From the NCBI RefSeq assembly GCF_963921235.1, contig NC_086097.1, positions 28,212,001 to 28,276,000 of the forward strand: a stretch of 64,000 bases of DNA. Reading direction: 5' to 3'. Position numbers and translations under genes: made by a program. The notes below the pieces were generated by a model, which worked only from the letters and a program-made list of their open reading frames with translations, ran no database searches and was not told the origin of the DNA. This DNA comes from Mobula hypostoma (lineage: Eukaryota). This document shows positions 38,100 through 50,200 of this stretch, in pieces; the stretch's first letter is position 1; each line of letters opens with the position of its first letter.

Positions 38100-39089
38100 T
38101 AAGGTGCATCGGCTATGATTTATAATATTATTATGAAACTCAGGAAAGCTCCATTTGATAAGATTAGGGTAGATTGGGAACAGGAATTGGGGCTTACCAT
38201 TTCTGTGGATGATTGGGGGCAGATTTTACAATTAGTTAATACTTCCTCTATTTGTGCTAAACATTCCCTAATTCAATTTAAAGTGGTGCATAGAGCACAT
38301 ATGTCCAAAGATAAGTTAGCGCGTTTTTACTCACATATTAATCCTTTCTGTGATAGATGTTCGGGGCAGATAGCCTCTTTAACTCATATGTTTTGGTCTT
38401 GCCCTACTTTGGAAACTTTTTGGAGAGATATTTTCAATATTATTTCTAAGGTATTAAATATAGATACCTCTCCTCACCCTATTACTGCTATCTTTGGACT
38501 ACCTAAAATTTCTAGTAATCTTTCCCCTTCAGCCCGTAGAATGATTGCATTTCTTACTTTAATGGCGAAAAGATGTATTTTACAACATTGGAAAGAGCTT
38601 AATGCTCCAACTACCTTTTCTTGGTTTTCTCAGACGATTTTATGTTTGAATCTGGAGAAAATTAGAAGTAACCTTTATGATTCTTCATTTAAATTTGAAC
38701 AGATTTGGGGACCTTTTATTCGATATTTTCATTTAATGTAATATTTACCCTTCTTGTTTTTTTTCACTGTTTTAATGGAGGTCGGGATTGAGGACGTGAT
38801 TTTAAGTTTAACTCTGTTTGGTTTCAAGTTAGCCCATTGCTTTGCTTTGCTTTTAGTTAGTTGCACGGTGGGTTTTTTTTGGGGTTTTTTTTTCCATTGA
38901 TATATATAAAATCTAGTATACTATTATGTTATCTTGGTTTCTTATGCTTAAATTACATTGTTTGTAGTATTTTCTTTTTGGTATTGTTATCTTTTGGAAT
39001 TTTATTATACTTTAACATTGTATTAATGTTTATATGGCTTACCTTTTTTGTATACTTACTCAATAAAAAGATTTAAAAAGAAAGAAAGA
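38100..39089 (+). mobile_element. 5'-truncated L1/Tx1-type LINE (ORF2 C-terminal Cys/His region) with 13-bp target-site duplication
   Basis: Open ORF 38115-38741 with CDRC.......THMFWSC; AATAAA plus A-rich tail; AAGAGTGGGCTTA at 38087-38099 and 39090-39102. Confidence 0.92.
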
Positions 39090-40494
39090 AAGAGTGGGCT
39101 TACAGATGTTCTGGTTGAGTATGTAACACACAAAAAGAGCCGCAGAACTGAGGTCAGGCAGCATCTATGGAGGGGGAATAGACAGTCAATGTTTTGTGTT
39201 GAGTCCCTTCATCAGGACTGGAAAGGAAGGGGGCAGCAGGTGAGGGGGAATCACCGATCAGAAAACCTGTCAGCTTTTACCACCCCCTTCCCACCTTCTT
39301 ATTCTGGCCTCTGTCCCCCTTCCTTTCCAGTCCTGGTGAAGGGTCTCGGCCCGAAACATCGACTGTTTATTCCCCTCCATTGATGCTGGCTGATCTGCTG
39401 AGTTCCTCCAGCATTCTGTGTGTGTTTTACTTAACATTTCCAGCATCTGCAGACTCTCCTGTGCTTTATGATGTGCTGGATCAGTGAGATGTCATTTGAA
39501 CTCCGAGGCCGAAGGTTGTAAGTTAAGGTGAAAGCTGAGATTTCAGTATAGTTCTGGGAGAGTCAGCATTGCGTGGTCAGGAATGCTGAAGTGGTTTAGC
39601 ACGAGGAGAAAACATCGGGTAGTGTGTTGCATCACGGCTTGGTACGGCAACTGCTCTGCCCTCGACTGTAAGGAACTGCAGGGTTATGGACACATCTCAG
39701 CACATCACAGACACCAGCCACCCCTCTGTGGACTCTGTTGCCTTGGTATAGCTGCCAACATAATCAAAGACCCAACCACCCCAGATCCCCGACTCCCAGC
39801 GGAAGATACAAAAGCCTGAAAGCACATACCACCAGGCTCCTGGGCAGCGTCTATCCCGCAGATATCAGACTCTTGACCTCGTTGTGGCGTTGCACCTTTC
39901 TGTCTACACCACAGCACATTCTCTGTAACACCTTGTTCTGCATTTTCTTGCTTTTCCTTGCAATCAATTTACCAATCAACCAAGACCTGTGTGGTCTCAC
40001 TCCCCAGAGGACCACAACTTTGTCACGGTTTTGCAGAGCAAACAGGTCAAAGGGTAGAGGCCAGATTCAGAGTGGTCCAGTTCAGGGCTAACAACTCTGA
40101 CTGGTAAAACAAAACTGTTACGGAAACAGCAATGAAAATTTCTTCTACATCTGAGTGCGATGCTATTCCTGAGTCTCCACTCAGAATTTGAACGACTGAC
40201 AGTAGTGAAAACCAACAGGAAGCTACTGACAAGATGAAGGAAGCCCCGAACAGCGCCAGAGTTGAAGCACCTTCATTGTTGCCCTAATCACCAGCAACGT
40301 AACGGGCAGTGAGTAAGTGTGGTCTCAGATAAATGTTAACAATGTAACAATGCAAAAAGAATGGGGAGTTCTCTCAGTCTCCTGCTGGTACTGTATTTAT
40401 CCTGCAGCTACCATCACCAACTGCCATGTCCCTTCATCATTTCCATGTCGACATTATGGAAAAGTTTTTGCAAATGCAAGTATCTTTTGCTTTT

Positions 40495-40952
40495 ACAAAT
40501 GCAAAAGCACTCCAGCGTGTGGTGGAAACTGCCCAGCGGATTATTGGCATCCAATTGCCTACCATTGAGAACATCTACCATAAACGTAGCCCGGGCAGGG
40601 CAAAAAAGCATTATCAGGGATGCATCTCACCCTAACCATGGACTTTCTACTCTCCTCCCATCCAGTAGGTGCTACAGGAGCCTCCGCTCCCACACCAGCA
40701 GGCACAGGAAGAGCTTCTTCCCTGAGGCTGTGACCCTGTTGAACCTCACATCACAGCGCTAAGCAGTATTGCACCCATATTGTACTGTCTCAGTACTTTT
40801 ATATTTGTGTGCTGTAGCACTTACTTTTTATTCGTAGTTATTTTGTAAATAACACTATTCTTTGCATTTCTGGTTAGATGCTAACTGCATTTCATTGGCT
40901 TTGTATCTGTACTTGGCACAATGATAATAAAGTTGTATCTAATCTAATCTAA
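40495..40952 (+). mobile_element. Rex1/Babar-like LINE 3' end with (TCTAA)n tail
   Basis: KALQRVVETAQRIIG.QLP and IIRDASHP..LLPS.R.YRS motifs. Confidence 0.7.
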
Positions 40953-41086
40953 ACTAAAACTTTGATGTTTCGGACTTCTGGCTTCTGGGTTTTTTTTACA
41001 CACGACGATTGCTGTAGTCAGTCTCTCCTGCCACAAGATGGGGCTCCATTCTCAGTTTTGCCAAGACGTAACCCAACAGGAACTGA

Positions 41087-42827
41087 CAAAAGGACAAAAG
41101 GAGCCTACTGACTCTCACAGCTATCTGAACTATTCCTCTTCCCACCCTGTCTCTTGCAAAAGTTCCATCCCCTTCTCACAATTCCTCCGTCTCCACAGCA
41201 TCTGCTCTCAGGATGAGGCTGTTTATTCCAGGACGAAAGAGATGTCTTCCTTTAAAAAAGAAAGGGGCTTCCCTTCCTCCACCATCAACTCTGCTCTCAA
41301 ACGCATCTCTCCCATTTCATGCACATCTGCTCTCACCCCATCCTCCCGCCACCCAACTAGGGATAGGGTTGCCCTTCTCCTCACCTACCACCCCACCAGC
41401 CTCCGGGTCCAACATATAATTCTCTGTAACTTCTGCCACCTCCAATGGGATCCCACCACCAAGCACATCTTTCCCTCCCCACTCTTTCTGCTTTCCACAG
41501 GGATCACTCCCTAGGCGACTCCCTTGTCCATTCGTTCCCCCCCCCATCCCTTCGCACCAATCTCCCTCCTGGTACAGATACAAAGCCAATGAAATGCAGT
41601 TAGCATCTAACCAGAAATGCAAAGAATAGTGTTATTTACAAAATAACTGCGAATAAAAAGTAAGTGCTACAGCACACAAATATAAAAGTACTGAGACAGT
41701 ACAATATGGATGCAATATTGCTTAGCGCTGTGATTATGAGATTCAGCAGGGTCACAGCCTCAGGGAAGAAGCTCTTCCTGTGCCTGCTGGTGTGGGAGCG
41801 GAGGCTCCTGTAGCACCTACTGGATGGGAGGAGAGTAGAAAGTCCATGGTTAGGGTGAGATGCATCCCTGATAATGCTTTTTTGCCCTGTAACTCCTGCC
41901 ACCTCCAATGGGATCCCACCACCAAGCACATCTTTCCCTCCCCATTCTTTCTGCTTTCCGCAGGGATCGCTCCCTAGGCGACTCCCTTGTCCATTCATTT
42001 CCGCCCCCCCCCCATCCCTTCGCACCAATCTCCCTCCCGGCACTTATCTTTGTAAGCGGTACAAGTGCTACACATGTCCTTACACTTCCTCCCTCACCAC
42101 CATTCAGGGCCCCAAACAGTTCTTCCAGGTGAGGCAACACTTCACCTGTGAGTCGGCTGGGGTGATATACTGCGTCCGGTGCTCCTGTTGTGGCCTTCTA
42201 TATATTGGCGAGACCCAACGCAGACTGGGAGATCGTTTTGCTGAACACCTAGACTCTGTCCGCCAGAGAAAGCAAGATCTCCCAGTGGCCACATATTTTA
42301 ATTCCACGTCCCATTCCCATTCTGATATGTCAATCCGCGGCCTCCTCTACTGTAAAGATGAAGCCACACTCAGGTTGGAGGAACAACACCTTACATTCTG
42401 TCTGGGTAGCCTCCAACCTGATAGCATGAACATTGACTTCTCTAACTTCCGCTAATACCCCTCCTCCCCTTCTTACCCTATTCCTTGTTTTCTCTCTCTC
42501 TTTTTTCTCCCTCTGTCCTCTCACTATAACTCCTTGCCTGCTCTCCATCTTCCTCTGGTGCTCCTCTCCTCCCATCCCATGATCCTGTCCCTTCTCCAGC
42601 CTCGTATCCCTTTTGCCAATCAATTTTCCAGCTCTTAGCTTCATCCCTCTCCCTCCTGTCTTCTCCTATCATTTCAGATCTCCCTCTCCCCTTCCTACTT
42701 TCAAATCTCTTACTATCTCTTCTTTCAGTTAGTCCTGACGAAGGGTCTCGGCCTGAAACGTCGACTGCACCTCTTCCTAAAGATGCTGCCTGGCCTGCTG
42801 CGTTCCACCAGCATTTCGTGTGTGTTG
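41087..42827 (+). mobile_element. Penelope-like 3' insertion with internal rearrangement and 10-bp flanking duplication
   Basis: KEPTDSHSYLNYSSSHP..CKSSIPFSQFLRL and GIY-YIG (VIYCVRC..CGLLYIGET) motifs; CAGGAACTGA at 41077-41086 and 42828-42837. Confidence 0.9.
42730..42767 (+). ncRNA. Minimal type I hammerhead ribozyme motif in Penelope tail
   Basis: TAGTC-CTGACGA-AGG(GTCTCGG)CCT-GAAAC-GTC-GACTG: stem I, core, stem II, palindromic ACGT stem III and GUC site all present. Confidence 0.75.
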
Positions 42828-43299
42828 CAGGAACTGAGGTGTAAAGGCCAGGGATAGAAATAACTGCAAAATGGTCCAGGAAACACCAAAGGAAAATGAT
42901 TCATCTCTGACCCGTCACAATTAGTAAGCAGATGAAGAAAATTGTTCTGAACTAAAAGTTAATTTGTTAATAGTTTATGTTAACTTGCTGTAGGTTTGCA
43001 ATGTATCGTGTCAATTAATCTAAAAGCCGATTGTTTTAGCTTTCTTATCCAAGGTATGACTGCCAGTAGCAATAAGCTTGAACTTGGCAGTTCAGGAAAG
43101 AGAGACAGCTAGTCTACTTCTGCCTCTGTTAGATAGAGACAGATAAATTGGCGATTTTTAAAAAGATTCTTAGATAGGCATATGGATGAAAAAAATGGAG
43201 AGTTGTGTGGGAGGAAAAGGTTAGATTGATCTTGGAGTAGCTTAAAGGGTAATTACTGTGTTGTAGTGATCTATGTTCTATTCCTTATTGAGTAATATA

Positions 43300-43637
43300 C
43301 GAGGGGTGATTGATAAGTTTGTGGCCTAAGGTAGAAGGAGATGAGTTATTAACTTAAAACTTTCTGCATAATCACTCAAAGAGTTGAACTGCATGTGCAT
43401 GTAATGAGAGCTGTATAGCTCACTCCTTCCACCTTAGGCCACAAACTTATCAATCACCCCTGCTGTGGACCACTTTCTGGAGGTCCAAGACGCCGACTTC
43501 TACAAAGAAGAGATCCGTATGCTCCACTGGACTAAGTGTGTACGTGTAGGAGGGGACTATGTTGAAAAATAAATGTGCTTGGTTTTCTAAAATTGACTCC
43601 TCCTACCTTAGGCCACGAACTTATCAATCATCCCTCG
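43300..43637 (+). mobile_element. Non-autonomous mariner element with terminal inverted repeats and transposase C-terminal remnant
   Basis: TA|CGAGGGGTGATTGATAAGTTTGTGGCCTAAGGTAG ... CTACCTTAGGCCACGAACTTATCAATCATCCCTCG; DFYKEEIRMLHWTKCVRVGGDYVEK* at about 43495-43572. Confidence 0.88.
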
Positions 43638-44203
43638 CACCATGGAAACAGGCCCTTCAACCCAATTTGTCAATGCCCCAAACTTTGTGCCAACGAAGCT
43701 AGTCCCACTTGCTTGCATTTGGCCCATATCCCTCGAAACCTTTCTTGTCCAAGTGGCTGCTATATTCTTAGACGTCTAGGCTGGCTCTCCAGAACCAATT
43801 CATATTTCAGATTCAGACTTGTATTTATTACATGTATATTACTACATACAGTGAAATATGTCATTTGCGTTAATAACTTACACAACCTAAGGGTGTGCTG
43901 GGGGCAGACCACCAGCATCACTACACGTTCCAGTGCCAACATAGCATGCCCACAATGTTCAGCAGAACAATACAGAACACAACAAGTAACACACACAGAA
44001 TGCTCAGCAGGCCAGGCAGTATTCATGGAAAAGAGTAAACAGTTGCTGTTTCGGGCTGAGACCTTCTTCAGGACTGGAAACATGAGATGAGAAGTCAGAG
44101 TAAGAAGGCCCCACTGAACTTGTATCTGCACTTCTTCTGCTGCCTCCATCTCCATCTCCATACCCATTTCTTTAGCAAGGACTCTCCAACCCGCACCGAT
44201 GAC

Positions 44204-47200
44204 CCCTTCTCCCAGCTCCAACCCTCCTGCCGTCTCCAACCCTCCTCCCCTCCAACCCTCCACCCCTCCAACCCTCCTCCCATCTCCAACCCTCCTCCCG
44301 TCAACCCTCCTCCCGTCTCCAACCCTCCTCCCCTCCAAACCTCCTCCCCTCCAACCCTCCACCCCTCCAAACCTCCTCCCATCTCCAACCCTCTTCCCAT
44401 CTCCATCCTCCTCCCATCTCCAACACTCCTCCCATCTCCAAACCTCCTCCGATCTCCAACACTTTTCCTGTCTCCAACTCTACTCCCATCTCCAACCCTC
44501 CTCCTGTCTCCAACCCTCCTCCCGTCTCCAACCCTCCTCCCATCTCCATCCTCCTCCCATCTCCAACACTCCTCCCATCTCCAACCTTCAACCCCTCCAA
44601 CCCTCCTCCCCTCTAACCCTGCACCCCTCCATCCTCCTCCCATCTCCAACCCTCCTCCCAGCTCCAACCCTCCTCGCCTCCAACCCTCCTCCCATCTCCA
44701 ACCCTCCGCCCATCTCCAACCCTCCTCCCCTCAAACCTTCAACCCCTCCAACCCTCCTCCCATCTCCAACCCTCCTCCCGTCTCCACCCTCCTCCCGTCT
44801 TCACCCTCCTCCCATCTCCAACCTCCACCCGTCTCCAACCTACTCCTGTCTCCAACCTCCTCCCAGCTCCAACCCTCCTCCCAGCTCCAAACCTTCTCCC
44901 CTCCAACCCTCCTCTCATCTCCAACCCTCCTCCCGTCTCCAACCTTCCTCCCACCTCCAACCCTCATCCCATCTCCAACCCTCCTCCCCTCCAAACCTCC
45001 TCCCCTCCAACCCTCCACCCTTCCAACCCTCCTCCCATCTCCAACCCTCCTCCGTCAACCCTCCTCCCGTCTCCAACCCTCCTCCCCTCCAACCCTCCAC
45101 CCCTCCAAACCTCCACCCCTCCAAACCTCCTCCCATCTCCAACCCTCTTCCCATCTCCATTCTCCTCCCAGCTCCAACAGTCCTCCCATCTCCAACCCTC
45201 CTCCGATCTCCAACACTTCTCCTGTCTCCAACTCTACTCCCATCTCCAACCCTCCTCCCGCCTCCTACCCTCCTCCCGTCTCCAACCCTCCTCACATCTC
45301 CAACCCTCCTCCCATCTCTAACCCTCCTCGTCTCCAACCCTTCTCCCAGCTCCAACCCTCCTCCCATCTCCAACCCTCCTCCCCTCCAACCTTCAACCCC
45401 TCCAACCCTCCTACCCTCTAACCCTGCACCCCTCCATCCTCCTCCCATCTCCAACCCTCCTCGCCTCCAACCCTCCTCCCATCTCCAACCCTCCGCCCAT
45501 CTCCAACCCTCCTCCCCTCAAACCTTCAACCCCTCCAACCCTCCTCCCATCTCCAACCCTCCTCCCATCTCCACCCTCCTCCCGTCTTCACCCTCCTCCC
45601 GTCTCCAACCTCCACCCGTCTCCAACCTATTCCTGTCTCCAACCTCCTCCCAGCTCCAACCCTCCTCCCAGCTCCAACCCTTCTCCCCTCCAACCCTCCT
45701 CTCATCTCCAACCCTCCTCCCGTCTCCAGCCCTCCTCCCGTCTCCAACCTTGCTCCCGTCTCCAACCTTCCTCCCATCTCCAACGCTCCTCCCCTCCACC
45801 CCTCCAACCCTTCTCCCGTCTCCAACCCTCCTCCCCTCCAAACCTCCTCCCCTCCAACCCTCCACCTCTCCAAACCTCCACCCCTCCAAACCTCCTCCCA
45901 TCTCCAACCCTCTTCCCATCTCCATCCTCCTCCCAGCTCCAACACTCCTCCCGTCTCCAACCCTCCTCCCGTCTCCAACCCTCCTCCCGTCTCCAACCCA
46001 CCTCCCGTCTCCACCCTCCTCCCGTCTCCACCCTCCTCCCGTCTTCACCCTCCTCCCGTCTCCAACCTCCACCCGTCTCCAACCTACTCCTGTCTCCAAC
46101 CTCCTCCCAGCTCCAACCCTCCTCCCAGCTCCAACCCTTCTCCCCTGCAACCCTCCTCTCATCTCCAACCCTCCTCCCGTCTCCAACTTTGCTCCCGTCT
46201 CCAACCTTCCTCCCATCTCCAACCCTCCTCCCCTCCACCCCTCCAACCCTCCTCCCGTCTCCAACCCTCCTCCCATCTCCAACCCTCCTCCCCTCCAACC
46301 CTTCTCCCAGCTCCAACCCTCCTCCCATCTCCAACCCTCCTCCCCTCCAACGTTCAACCCCTCCAACCCTCCTCCCCTCTAACCCTGAACCCCTCCATCC
46401 TCCTCCCATCTCCAACCCTCCTCGCCTCCAACCCTCCTCCCATCTCCAACCCTCCGCCCATCTCCAACCCTCCTCCCCTCAAACCTTCAACCCAGCCAAC
46501 CCTCCTCCCATCTCCAACCCTCCTCCCGTCTCCACCCTCCTCCCGTCTTCACCCTCCTCCCGTCTCCAACCTCCACCCGTCTCCAACCTACACCTGTCTC
46601 CAACCTCCTCCCAGCTCCAACCCTCCTCTCATCTCCAACCCTCCTCCCGTCTCCAACCCTCCTCCCGTCTCCAACCTTGCTCCCGTCTCCAACCTTCCTC
46701 CCATCTCCAACGCTCCTCCCCTCCACCCCACCAACCCTCCTCCCGTCTCCAACCCTCCTCCCCTCCAAACCTCCTCCCCTCCAAACCTCCTCCCCTCCAA
46801 CCCTCCACCTCTCCAAACCTCCACCCCTCCAAACCTCCTCCCATCTCCAACCCTCTTCCCATCTCCATCCGCCTCCCAGCTCCAACACTCCTCCCGTCTC
46901 CAACCCTCCTCCCGTCTCCAACCCTCCTCCCGTCTCCAACCCTTCTCCCGTCTCCAACCCTCCTCCCGTCTCCACCCTCCTCCCTTCTAACCCTGCACCC
47001 CTCCATCCTCCTCCCATCTCCAACCCTCCTTGCCTCCAACCCTCCTCCCATCTCCAACCCTCCGCCCATCTCCAACCCTCCGCCCATCTCCAACCCTCCT
47101 CCCCTCAAACCTTCAACCCCTCCAACCCTCCTCCCGTCTCCAACCCTCCTCCCGTCTCCACCCTCCTCCCGTCTTCACCCTCCTCCCATATCCAACCTCC

Positions 47201-50200
47201 ACCCGTCTCCAACCTACTCCTGTCTCCAACCTCCTCCCAGCTCCAACCCTCCTCCCAGCTCCAACCCTTCTCCCCTCCAACCCTCCTCTCATCTCCAACC
47301 CTCCTCCCGTCTCCAACCCTCCTCCCGTCTCCAACCTTGCTCCCGTCTCCAACCTTCCTCCCATCTCCAACGCTCCTCCCCTCCACCCCTCCAACCCTCC
47401 TCCCGTCTCCAACCCTCCTCCCCTCCAAACCTCCTCCCCTCCAACCCTCCACCTCTCCAAACCTCCACCCCTCCAAACCTCCTCCCATCTCCAACCCTCT
47501 TCCCATCTCCATCCTCCTCCCAGCTCCAACACTCCTCCCGTCTCCAACCCTCCTCCCGTCTCCAACCCTCCTCCCGTCTCCAACCCTTCTCCCATCTCCA
47601 ACCCTCCTCCCGTCTCCACCCTCCTCCCGTCTCCACCCTCCTCCCGTCTTCACCCTCCTCCCGTCTCCAACCTCCACCCGTCTCCAACCTACTCCTGTCT
47701 CCAACCTCCTCCCAGCTCCAACCCTCCTCCCAGCTCCAAACCTTCTCCCCTCCAACCCTCCTCTCATCTCCAACCCTCCTCCCGTCTCCAACCTTGCTCC
47801 CGTCTCCAACCTTCCTCCCATCTCCAACCCTCCTCCCCTCCACCCCTCCAACCTTCCTCCCGTCTCCAACCCTCCTCCCCTCCAAACCTCCTCCCCTCCA
47901 ACCCTCCACCTCTCCAAACCTCCACCCCTCCAAACATCCTCCCATCTCCAACCCTCTTCCCATCTCCATCCTCCTCCCAGCTCCAACACTCCTCCCGTCT
48001 CCAACCCTCCTCCCATCTCCAACCCTTCTCCCGTCTCCAACCCTCCTCCCGTCTCCAACCCTCCTCCCATCTCTAACCCTCCTCGTCTCCAACCCTCCTC
48101 CCATCTCCAACCCTCCTCCGATCTCCAACACTTCTCCCGTCTCCAACCCTCACCCCATCTCTAACCCTCCTCGTCTCCAACCCTCCTCCCCTCCAAACCT
48201 CCTCCCCTCCAACCCTCCACCTCTCCAAACCTCCACCCCTCCAAACATCCTCCCATCTCCAACCCTCTTCCCATCTCCATCCTCCTCCCAGCTCCAACAC
48301 TCCTCCCGTCTCCAACCCTCCTCCCATCTCCAACCCTTCTCCCGTCTCCAACCCTCCTCCCGTCTCCAACCCTCCTCCCATCTCTAACCCTCCTCGTCTC
48401 CAACCCTCCTCCCATCTCCAACCCTCCTCCCGTCTCCACCCTCCTCTCCAACACTTCTCCCGTCTCCAACCCTCACCCCATCTCTAACCCTCCTCGTCTC
48501 CAACCCTCCTCCCATCTCCAACCCTCCTCCCCTCCAACCCTTCTCCCAGCTCCAACCCTTCTGCCAGCTCCAACCCTCCTGCCAGCTCCAACCCTTCTCC
48601 CTTCCAACCCTCCTCTCATCTCCAACCCTCCTCCAAACCTCCAACCCTCCTCCCATCTCCAACCTTCCTCCCATCTCCAACCCTCCTCCCATCTCCAACC
48701 CTCCTCCCCTCACACCTTCAACCCCTCCAACCCTCCTCCCATCTCCAACCCTCCTCCCGTCTCCACCCTCCTCCCGTCTCCACCCTCCTCCCGTCTTCAC
48801 CCTCCTCCCATCTCCAACCTCCACCCGTCTGCAACGTACTCCTGTCTCCAACCTCCTCCCAGCTCCAACCCTCCTCCCAGCTCCAACCCTTCTCCCCTCC
48901 AACCCTCCTCTCATCTCCAACCCTCCTCCCGTCTCCAACCCTCCTCCCGTCTCCAACCTTCCTCCCATCTCCAACCCTCCTCCCCTCCAAACCTCCTCCC
49001 CTCCAACCCCTCCAACCCTCCTCCCATCTCCAACCCTCCTCCCGTCTCCAACCCTCCTCCCCTCCAACCCACCACCTCTCCAAACCTCCACCCCTCCAAA
49101 CCTCCTCCCATCTCCAACCCTCTTCCCATCTCCATCCTCCTCCCAGCTCCAACACTCCTCCCATCTCCAACCCTCCTCCCGTCTCCAACCCTTCTCCCGT
49201 CTCCAACCCTCCTCCCGTCTCCAACCCTCCTCCCATCTCTAACCCTCCTCGTCTCCAACCATCCTCCCATCTCCAACCCTCCTCCGATCTCCAACACTTC
49301 TCCCGTCTCCAACTCTACTCCCATCTCCAACCCTCCTCCCATCTCCAACCCTGCTCCCGTCTCCAACCCTCCTCCCATCTCTAACCCTCCTCGTCTCCAA
49401 CCCTCCTCCCAGCTCCAACCCTTCTCCCCTCCAACCCTCCTCTCATCTCCAACACTCCTCCCGTCTCCAACCTTGCTCCCGTCTCTAACCTTCCTCCCAT
49501 CTCCAACCCTCCTCCCATCTCCAACCCTCTTCCCATCTCCATCCTCCTCCCAGCTCCAACACTCCTCCCGTCTCCAACCCTCCTCCCGTCTCCAACCCTT
49601 CTCCCGTCTCCAACCCTCCTCCCGTCTTCAACCCTCCTCCCATCTCTAACCCTCCTCGTCTCCAACCCTCCTCCCATCTCCAACCCTCCTCCGATCTCCA
49701 ACACTTCTCCCGTCTCCAACCCTCACCCCATCTCTAACCCTCCTCGTCTCCAACCCTCCTCCCATCTCCAACCCTCCTCCCGTCTCCAACCCTCCTCCCA
49801 TCTCTAATCCTCCTTGTCTCCAACCCTCCTCCCATCTCCAACCCTCCTCCCCTCCAACCCTTCTCCCAGCTCCAACCCTCCTCCCCAACCCTCTTCCCCT
49901 CTCCAACCCTCCTCCCATCTCCAACCCTCCTCCGATCTCCGACACTTCTCCCATCTCCAACTCTACTCCCATCTCCAACCCTCCTCGTGTCTCCAACCCT
50001 CCTCGTGTCTCCAACCCTCCTCCCGTCTCCAACCCTCCTCCCATCTCTAACCCTCCTCGTCTCCAACCCTCCTCCCATCTCCAACCCTCCTCCCCTCCAA
50101 CCCTTCTCCCAGCTCCAACCCTCCTCCCATCTCCAACCCTCCTCCCCTCCAACCTTCAACCCCTCCAACCCTTCTCTCCTCTAACCCTGCACCCCTCCAT

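Noticed and set aside
38115..38741. Independent host gene of 208 aa
   Set aside because: It is the ORF2 tail of a TSD-flanked, 5'-truncated LINE with a second copy at 31932-32589.
37900..44200. Neighbouring gene GPR68, expected from my recollection of human synteny
   Set aside because: No seven-transmembrane receptor ORF is visible on either strand in this interval.
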